Assembly: GCA_029858565.1 (NCBI GenBank)
Contig: JAOUEV010000066.1
Coordinates: 1-16,630, forward strand
DNA: 16,630 nt
Reading direction: 5' to 3'
From: Nitrospirota bacterium
Lineage (GTDB): Bacteria; Nitrospirota; UBA9217
Part shown: piece after piece, positions 1 through 5,908 of the stretch
Layout of the letters: every line of letters begins with the position of its first letter
Position numbering within the stretch: position 1 is the first letter of the stretch
Position numbers and translations under genes: made by a program
The notes under the pieces: model-generated
Told to the model about the DNA's origin: nothing
What the model saw: only the letters and a program-made list of their open reading frames with translations
Databases searched by the model: none

Positions 1-348
1 ATCCATATCCATGTTCTCGCAGGGGCCATTCCCAAGGATGGTCCTTCGGCAGGCGTGACCATGACGACAGCGATCGTGTCGCTCCTGACCGGAAAGGCTG
101 CAAAGAACGATGTTGCCATGACCGGCGAGATCACACTGCGGGGCAAGGTGATGCCTATCGGAGGGCTGAAAGAGAAGGTCCTGGCGGCCCGTCGCGCCGG
201 GATCAAAACGATCATACTGCCGGAGCGTAACCAGAACGACCTTGAAGATGTCCCTGAGGAGCTCCGGAAGGAAATGACATTCATCCCCGTGGAACGGATC
301 GATCAGGTCATCGAAGCAGCTTTGCGTCAGGATGGAACGAGGCCGTGA
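1..348 (+). CDS. lon: ATP-dependent Lon protease, C-terminal protease domain (5'-truncated by window edge)
   Basis: Frame 1 is open from base 1: [21 protein letters not shown]...[36 protein letters not shown]. The catalytic Ser (PKDGPSAG, nt 46-48) and a Lys 43 residues later match the Lon Ser-Lys dyad spacing. Confidence 0.96.
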   Translation: MHIHVLAGAIPKDGPSAGVTMTTAIVSLLTGKAAKNDVAMTGEITLRGKVMPIGGLKEKVLAARRAGIKTIILPERNQNDLEDVPEELRKEMTFIPVERIDQVIEAALRQDGTRP

Positions 349-1340
349 CGCCCGAGCAAAAAAAAGAATCTTCTGCATGCCGGATCTGCGGGAACGAAGA
401 GGGTAACCGTGCTTATCGTATGCGGGAAATGCTCTACGGTACCCGGGACGAGTTCAACTATTTTCAATGTTCCCGGTGCGGATGCCTGCAGATATCCGAA
501 ATACCTGCAAATATAGAGCGGTATTATCCCACGGATTACTACAGCTTCTGCGCAGACCCGGCTCGAAAGTACGGAAATCCGGTGATCCGCTGGCTGCGGA
601 ACATCCAGGACCGGAGCACGATAGTGAACAACGGGCCTTTTGCCCGGCTCGTCCGGTCGTTCGCTCCCAACAGAAGATTGCTCTCCCTGTCGTCTCTGGG
701 ACTATCGCGGGATTCACGGATCATCGATGTGGGATGCGGGTCCGGATGGCTGCTCTATGCGCTCAAAGAGTGCGGTTTCAACAACCTTCTGGGAGTGGAT
801 CCGTTCCTGGGTGCTGATATTACCTATACCAACGGTCTCTCGATCAGGAAGACTGCTGTACGGGACCTCAGTGGGACCTGGGACCTGATCATGTATCACC
901 ATTCCTTTGAACATATTACCGATCCTTTTGCCGAGCTTGCAGCAGCGTCCCGCATCCTGAAACATGACGGCACGTGCCTTATTCGTATACCCATTGTGTC
1001 ATCCTATGCCTGGGAGCGGTATCAGGAGAATTGGGTGGCAGTTGACGCGCCGCGCCATTATTTTCTCCATTCCCTGGACAGCATTGCCTTGCTCGCGCAA
1101 CGCACAGGATTTTCCATCTCCGATATCATCTATGATTCTACGGAATACCAGTTCCGGGCCAGTGAGCTCTACGCGCGGGGAATTCCGCAATATCCTGCAG
1201 ATCCTGGATCAGTGATAATGCCAAACTTTCCGAAAGAACAGATCCGCCAGTGGAAGCGCAGGGCAGCAGAACTGAACAGGGAGCATCGTGGCGATCAGGC
1301 AGCATTCCTCCTGAAGAAGTCGAATGATGAAAGAGCGTGA
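345..1340 (+). CDS. Class I SAM-dependent methyltransferase with N-terminal Cys4 zinc-ribbon-like domain (paralog 1)
   Basis: CRIC...CSRCGC at the N-terminus, SAM motif [20 protein letters not shown] and DAPRH motifs. The GTG start overlaps the lon stop (GTGA, 345-348). Confidence 0.88.
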   Translation: MTPEQKKESSACRICGNEEGNRAYRMREMLYGTRDEFNYFQCSRCGCLQISEIPANIERYYPTDYYSFCADPARKYGNPVIRWLRNIQDRSTIVNNGPFARLVRSFAPNRRLLSLSSLGLSRDSRIIDVGCGSGWLLYALKECGFNNLLGVDPFLGADITYTNGLSIRKTAVRDLSGTWDLIMYHHSFEHITDPFAELAAASRILKHDGTCLIRIPIVSSYAWERYQENWVAVDAPRHYFLHSLDSIALLAQRTGFSISDIIYDSTEYQFRASELYARGIPQYPADPGSVIMPNFPKEQIRQWKRRAAELNREHRGDQAAFLLKKSNDERA

Positions 1341-2247
1341 ACGACCAATGATGGGAGTGGGGCACCGACTAAGAGACGATCAGCAGCGGCTGCCGGTGTG
1401 GCTCAAGAGCTCCGTGTCGCCCGAAGGACATTTCAAACAGGTGGAAAAGCGGTTGCGCGACAATCATCTCCATTCGGTCTGCCAGAGCGCACGGTGTCCG
1501 AACCGGAACGAGTGCTGGAGCCTCGGTACCGCCACTTTCCTCATTCTGGGCAACCTCTGCACCCGTACTTGTCGTTTTTGCAGCGTGCCAAAAGGTCAGC
1601 CTTCCGGACTGGATAGGAACGAACCGGAACGCGTTGCCGCGGCTGTAGCGGCACTTCGACTTTCGCACGTTGTTGTCACGTCAGTCACCCGTGATGATCT
1701 TCAGGACGGTGGCGCGGCAATATTTGCTGATACGATCCGGGCGATCCGCCGCACTAATCCTGGATGCCGGGTCGAAGTGTTGATCCCAGATCTTGGCGGT
1801 TCAGAAGGATCGCTCAAGATCGTGAACGAGGCAAATCCGGATATTCTCGGCCACAACCTGGAGACCGTGCCATCATTTTATCCTGCAGTCCGCCCGCAGG
1901 CGGTTTACAAACGATCTCTGCAGCTTCTGGAACGGGGCAAACAGTCCGGCATGATAACAAAGTCCGGGCTTATGGTGGGGCTGGGGGAAAGGCGAGACGA
2001 ACTATCATCGGTGATGCGGGACCTTCGCTCGGTTGGATGCGACATAGTGACCATCGGACAGTATCTTCGTCCGGGACGGGGATATTTTCCCGTAAAGAAG
2101 TATTATCATCCTGACGAATTCGCGGTGTTACGGCAGGAGGCATTTTCCTTGGGATTTCGAAGCGTGGTCACTGGTCCTTTGGTCAGAAGTTCGTACCGGG
2201 CTGGACAATATAACATTAATAATATGACCGGGAGCAATCACGTCTGA
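1324..2247 (+). CDS. lipA: Lipoyl synthase (radical SAM sulfur insertase)
   Basis: Auxiliary-cluster CX4CX5C (CQSARCPNRNEC), radical SAM CX3CX2C (CTRTCRFC), VVVTSVTRDDL, HNLETV, KSGLMVGLGE, TIGQYL and C-terminal RSSY. Start may instead be 1327 or 1348. Confidence 0.95.
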   Translation: MMKERERPMMGVGHRLRDDQQRLPVWLKSSVSPEGHFKQVEKRLRDNHLHSVCQSARCPNRNECWSLGTATFLILGNLCTRTCRFCSVPKGQPSGLDRNEPERVAAAVAALRLSHVVVTSVTRDDLQDGGAAIFADTIRAIRRTNPGCRVEVLIPDLGGSEGSLKIVNEANPDILGHNLETVPSFYPAVRPQAVYKRSLQLLERGKQSGMITKSGLMVGLGERRDELSSVMRDLRSVGCDIVTIGQYLRPGRGYFPVKKYYHPDEFAVLRQEAFSLGFRSVVTGPLVRSSYRAGQYNINNMTGSNHV

Positions 2248-3194
2248 TGCCGAATCCAAAATGCAGGATCTGCGGTTCCCCGGACGGCCATGAGCACTAC
2301 CGGATCCCGGAACTGATGTTCGGCACGAAGGAACTGTTCAGCTATTTTCAATGCGGTACCTGCGGGTGTTTACAGATAGAAGAAATACCCACGGACATGT
2401 CCCGGTATTATCCGGATAACTACTATAGTTTTTCATCGTCTCCGCCCGGAAAATCGATCGTCAGAAGATTATCGGATCGACTTCGTCTTGCCAGGGATCG
2501 CGCAGTGGTCTTTGGCAGAGGCCGACGGAACTCCTTGTCAGGGCGCATCCTGCGAAAGAGCAAATACTTCTATTTGGCGGATCTTCATCTCTCTCCGTCC
2601 GCGCGGATCCTTGATGTGGGCTGCGGATCCGGCGGGAGGCTGTCCTATTTGCGAGAGATGGGCCTTACCAACGTCTCGGGCATTGATCCCTACATACCAC
2701 AGGACATAGACCGCGGTGGCGGTCTATGGATATTAAAAAAGAACGTCCATGACATCTCAGGAGCATGGGATGTTGTCATGTACAACCATTCCTTTGAACA
2801 TGTTCCCGATCCTCGGGAGCAGTTGCAGTCGGTCTACCGGATACTGGCACCAGGCGGCGCATGCATTATCCGCATACCGACAGTTTCATCTTTTGCATGG
2901 GAGCATTACCGCGAGTATTGGTACCAGGTAGATGCACCCCGGCATCTGATCATCCCGTCGACCGATACGATGAAGTTTCTTGCGAAAACGGCCGGTTTGA
3001 TCCTTGAAAAGGTGGAGTTCGATTCCACGTTCGAACAGTTCAGGGTCAGCGAATGTTATAAAAAGGGGATCGTTTTTGGAAAAGCGAAGGATGTGTTCCC
3101 GAAAAAACAGATCAGGCAGTGGAAAAAGCAAACAAAGGAATTGAACAGACTGCAACGAGGCGACCAGGCGGTATTTACACTGAAAAAGGAGTAG
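2247..3194 (+). CDS. Class I SAM-dependent methyltransferase with N-terminal Cys4 zinc-ribbon-like domain (paralog 2)
   Basis: CRIC...CGTCGC, ILDVGCGSG, NHSFEHVPDP, DAPRH and GDQA motifs, colinear with 345-1340. The ATG overlaps the lipA stop (TGATG). Confidence 0.88.
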   Translation: MPNPKCRICGSPDGHEHYRIPELMFGTKELFSYFQCGTCGCLQIEEIPTDMSRYYPDNYYSFSSSPPGKSIVRRLSDRLRLARDRAVVFGRGRRNSLSGRILRKSKYFYLADLHLSPSARILDVGCGSGGRLSYLREMGLTNVSGIDPYIPQDIDRGGGLWILKKNVHDISGAWDVVMYNHSFEHVPDPREQLQSVYRILAPGGACIIRIPTVSSFAWEHYREYWYQVDAPRHLIIPSTDTMKFLAKTAGLILEKVEFDSTFEQFRVSECYKKGIVFGKAKDVFPKKQIRQWKKQTKELNRLQRGDQAVFTLKKE

Positions 3195-3196
3195 TT

Positions 3197-4054
3197 TTGA
3201 AAGACAGCCCCATTAAAATAACAGTCATCGTTCCGACCTATAACCGTCCGCAGGCGCTCAAACTGAACCTGCTTAGCCTCGCCGGACAAAGCATGCTGCC
3301 TTCGGAAGTGCTCATTGCAGACGACGGCAGCAGGGAAGAGACCCGGCTTCTTATTGAGGATATGCGGCAGAAACTGGACCATCTATTCCCGATAAAGCAC
3401 ATTTGGCAGGAGGACATTGGTTTTCGCAAACCCATGATCCTGAACGAGACGGTACGGCAGTCATCAGGCGACTATCTGGTGTTCATTGACGGCGACTGCA
3501 TGGCCCATCGCTATTTCATCAAAGAACATATCACCTTGAGCGACCGTGACACGATACTGAGCGGAAAACGGGTGGAGATCGGGAAAAACCTGACAGAAAG
3601 GCTTCTGCGGGAAGGCAAGGTCCTGAATACGCTCCATCCAAGGCTGGTATGGGATGCTGCGTTCGGAAGCGAGATAAAGTCACGGAAGGTCGAGGAAGCT
3701 ATTATCATCAGGAATCCATTGGTGAGAAAACTGCTTCACCGCGACCGGATAACCGATGACGGTGTCTGGGGATGCAATTTCAGCCTTTATAAGGACCTTT
3801 TCTACGGGATCAATGGATGCGATGAGGAATTCGCGGATGGTTCGATCGAGGACAACGATCTGGGCATTCGCGTCCTGAACCAGGGAAAGAAGCTTCGGAC
3901 CGTTCGCAACAGAGCGATCATTTTTCATTTATGGCACAAATCGACCTGGGATTTCAGTAATCCAAAATATCTGCGCAATAAAGAGATATTGAAGCGGAGA
4001 ATTGATTATAAGGAAAAGGTTTGCAAGCAGGGAATCAGGAGACTGGATGGCTGA
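3197..4054 (+). CDS. Glycosyltransferase family 2 with galactosyltransferase-like C-terminal region
   Basis: ITVIVPTYNRP, EVLIADDGS, FIDGDC (DxD) and GCNFS...EDNDLGIR...HLWH. Start placed at TTG 3197, 5 nt after AGGAG (3187-3191), rather than ORF-track 3119, which overlaps the upstream gene by 76 nt. Confidence 0.88.
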   Translation: MKDSPIKITVIVPTYNRPQALKLNLLSLAGQSMLPSEVLIADDGSREETRLLIEDMRQKLDHLFPIKHIWQEDIGFRKPMILNETVRQSSGDYLVFIDGDCMAHRYFIKEHITLSDRDTILSGKRVEIGKNLTERLLREGKVLNTLHPRLVWDAAFGSEIKSRKVEEAIIIRNPLVRKLLHRDRITDDGVWGCNFSLYKDLFYGINGCDEEFADGSIEDNDLGIRVLNQGKKLRTVRNRAIIFHLWHKSTWDFSNPKYLRNKEILKRRIDYKEKVCKQGIRRLDG

Positions 4055-4080
4055 TTAGAAAAGAAAGGTTGGTTAATATA

Positions 4081-4108
4081 ATTTGACATAATATACATTA
4101 TCAGACAT
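4081..4108 (-). other. dif: dif-like XerC/XerD recombination site
   Basis: Minus strand reads ATGTCTGATAA-TGTATA-TTATGTCAAAT versus E. coli dif GGTGCGCATAA-TGTATA-TTATGTTAAAT. It has 11-6-11 architecture, an identical spacer, a 10/11 XerD arm and the conserved inner ATAA of the XerC arm. It lies in an AT-rich intergenic gap. Confidence 0.82.
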
Positions 4109-4172
4109 CATATTAATGTTTAAGTGTATCATTCATCTAGTTGTAATATATCAGATTTATGGCAAATTCTTA

Positions 4173-5033
4173 TCAGATCTTGAAACTCATCATCCCTACG
4201 ACTCTGCTCGAGTCATCGAAACCGTCTGCCTTCTTGTGCAGGAACTGAGTTCCGATGGACAGGTTGAATCGTTCATTGACCAACCGTAAACCGTATGTCA
4301 CAGCACTGTAATCAGTACCCGTAATCAGCTGAACGTCCTTTCCTGATACTATGCTGTACTCTACCAACATCTGCAAATTTCGGTATTTGCTGACCGGAAA
4401 CAGTATTCCCATATTGGTACGATAATATTGCTCTTTGCTGGCTTCCTGTGCCAGGTCCTGAAATATTGCTCGAGTATCAGCATAGATTCCCAGGCTGTGT
4501 TCGGCCCAGGTCAGCTCAGCACCTGTCGCAATGCCGATCCACGATGCCCAATGATCAACTGAGCTCGTTATCAGATCACGATGCTTGGCCGGACGGGTCA
4601 CGCCTGCAATCAGTGCCACAGCGGGCTGAACACTGTCTTCCGGCTGCTTCAGGAAGTTCCATTTGAATGCCAGATCAATGTCATCGATGTCCCGTGACCG
4701 TTTTCCTGATGACTGCTGGTTGTACCCGTAATAAGACCCTTTGAGAGCCATTTCCATGGAACCGGAAATCCCGGTGGTCATAGTCATGGTATATTCGGTC
4801 AAGGAATAGGAAGGAGCCAGGCTGTTTTCCGACTGGGAAAATGTGCCGATTTCAATTGTTTTCGACGGCAGAACAAAGGGTGATGTGGTATAGATCATGC
4901 CGGTCAACCCAATCGTGTTTACAGGACGATTCAGGAGGTCGAGTTCCTGGCCTGAACTCACAACTGGACAGATAAAGAAAAGCATGCAGAATACTGATCT
5001 GATGATAACATGCGATGAACGCGAATATGCCAT
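4173..5033 (-). CDS. Exported protein, putative small outer-membrane beta-barrel (YjbH/GfcD N-terminal-like motif)
   Basis: Signal-peptide-like start from ATG 5033 (MAYSRSSHVIIRSVFCMLFFICPVVSSG; the ORF track extends to 5114). GLTGMIYTTSP motif, amphipathic strand patterns (AVTYGLRL, FNLSIGTQF) and terminal strand VVGMMSFKI. Confidence 0.6.
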   Translation of the reverse strand: MAYSRSSHVIIRSVFCMLFFICPVVSSGQELDLLNRPVNTIGLTGMIYTTSPFVLPSKTIEIGTFSQSENSLAPSYSLTEYTMTMTTGISGSMEMALKGSYYGYNQQSSGKRSRDIDDIDLAFKWNFLKQPEDSVQPAVALIAGVTRPAKHRDLITSSVDHWASWIGIATGAELTWAEHSLGIYADTRAIFQDLAQEASKEQYYRTNMGILFPVSKYRNLQMLVEYSIVSGKDVQLITGTDYSAVTYGLRLVNERFNLSIGTQFLHKKADGFDDSSRVVGMMSFKI

Positions 5034-5148
5034 AGGGTTTTTGAGCGAGAATATAGCGATTATTCGAGAGTAAAATAACGTGAGGAATACTTTTGGAAAT
5101 GATACCAGAAACAATAAACGATCTTGGTGGAATAAAACAACGTATTCT

Positions 5149-5880
5149 TTATATCATGGTTCTTCTTTTCCCGATATGATCAACAATGAGAATGTAAAAG
5201 ATACAGAATAAAAAGCTGGCAGCTCCCGCCAGGATCATATTCTGCAGGGTTTTTGGCCTGGATTTTCTTTCAGCAGGTATCGCACGATCCAGTGTCTGGA
5301 TCGTGATATTCATCGAGCGGTCTTTTAAAAAATCGGTAAGCGCATAGACGTAGTAATTTGCGATCTCAGCGGCAAGTCGAGGATCTTTCCACTCGACTGC
5401 GATGGTGATCACCCCTTCTTTGTTCTTGCTGAACTTCGTGACGGAACGCATCAGCATGTCAAGGGTGTCGGTCATGAGCGGAGGTTTGAGAGGATCCTTC
5501 CAAGCGCCCTTTTCCTTGTCCCAGGCTTCTTCGTTGAAAACCTTATAAAGGTCATATCTCGAGACCACTGCTTCAGCCGCGCTCCTGCTTTTCAGTATTG
5601 CCATGATCTTGTCCGTCGTTGACTGCATACCGGCACTCCCAAGCACGCCTGCGAAAGGTGATGACGAGAATGCTGCGCCCAATCCTCCGGAGTCCGAGGA
5701 TGTTGACATTATAACAGCCTCAGACTTGTAGTATTTGGGAGAACGCTTGCTGATGATGATGGTTACGATCATTGCGAGCATACAGACTAATACGATAAGC
5801 CATTTTCTCCGCCAGATACTGGCCCAGTATGCAAATAGATCTATTTCGTCTTTATGTGTATTAATATCCATAGACAGCAT
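5149..5880 (-). CDS. wzz: Wzz-type polysaccharide co-polymerase / chain-length determinant (short, no kinase domain)
   Basis: DEIDL..YW..IWRRKWLI followed by TM1, PKYYKSEA, ILKSRS, DPRLAAEIAN, then the Pro-rich AIPAERKSRPK motif and TM2. Start placed at ATG 5880 (or 5871); the ORF-track extension to 6018 overlaps the upstream gene. Confidence 0.82.
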   Translation of the reverse strand: MLSMDINTHKDEIDLFAYWASIWRRKWLIVLVCMLAMIVTIIISKRSPKYYKSEAVIMSTSSDSGGLGAAFSSSPFAGVLGSAGMQSTTDKIMAILKSRSAAEAVVSRYDLYKVFNEEAWDKEKGAWKDPLKPPLMTDTLDMLMRSVTKFSKNKEGVITIAVEWKDPRLAAEIANYYVYALTDFLKDRSMNITIQTLDRAIPAERKSRPKTLQNMILAGAASFLFCIFYILIVDHIGKRRTMI

Positions 5881-5908
5881 GTAAGGATCTTTTCGCGCTG
5901 AGGGCTGA

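Noticed and set aside
3119-3196. N-terminal extension of GT2 overlapping methyltransferase 2
   Set aside because: A TTG with a well-spaced AGGAG at 3197 immediately precedes the first GT2 strand.
454-3928. Many 60-116 aa alternative-frame ORFs within the + strand operon
   Set aside because: All are nested in motif-supported genes and show no recognisable domains.
4083-4115. TTGACA as a + strand -35 element
   Set aside because: It is part of the XerD arm of the dif-like site, has no good -10 at 16-18 nt, and no + strand gene lies downstream.
4055-4172. Intrinsic terminator between the convergent operons
   Set aside because: No GC-rich stem with a U-tract is visible; the dyad symmetry present belongs to the dif-like site.
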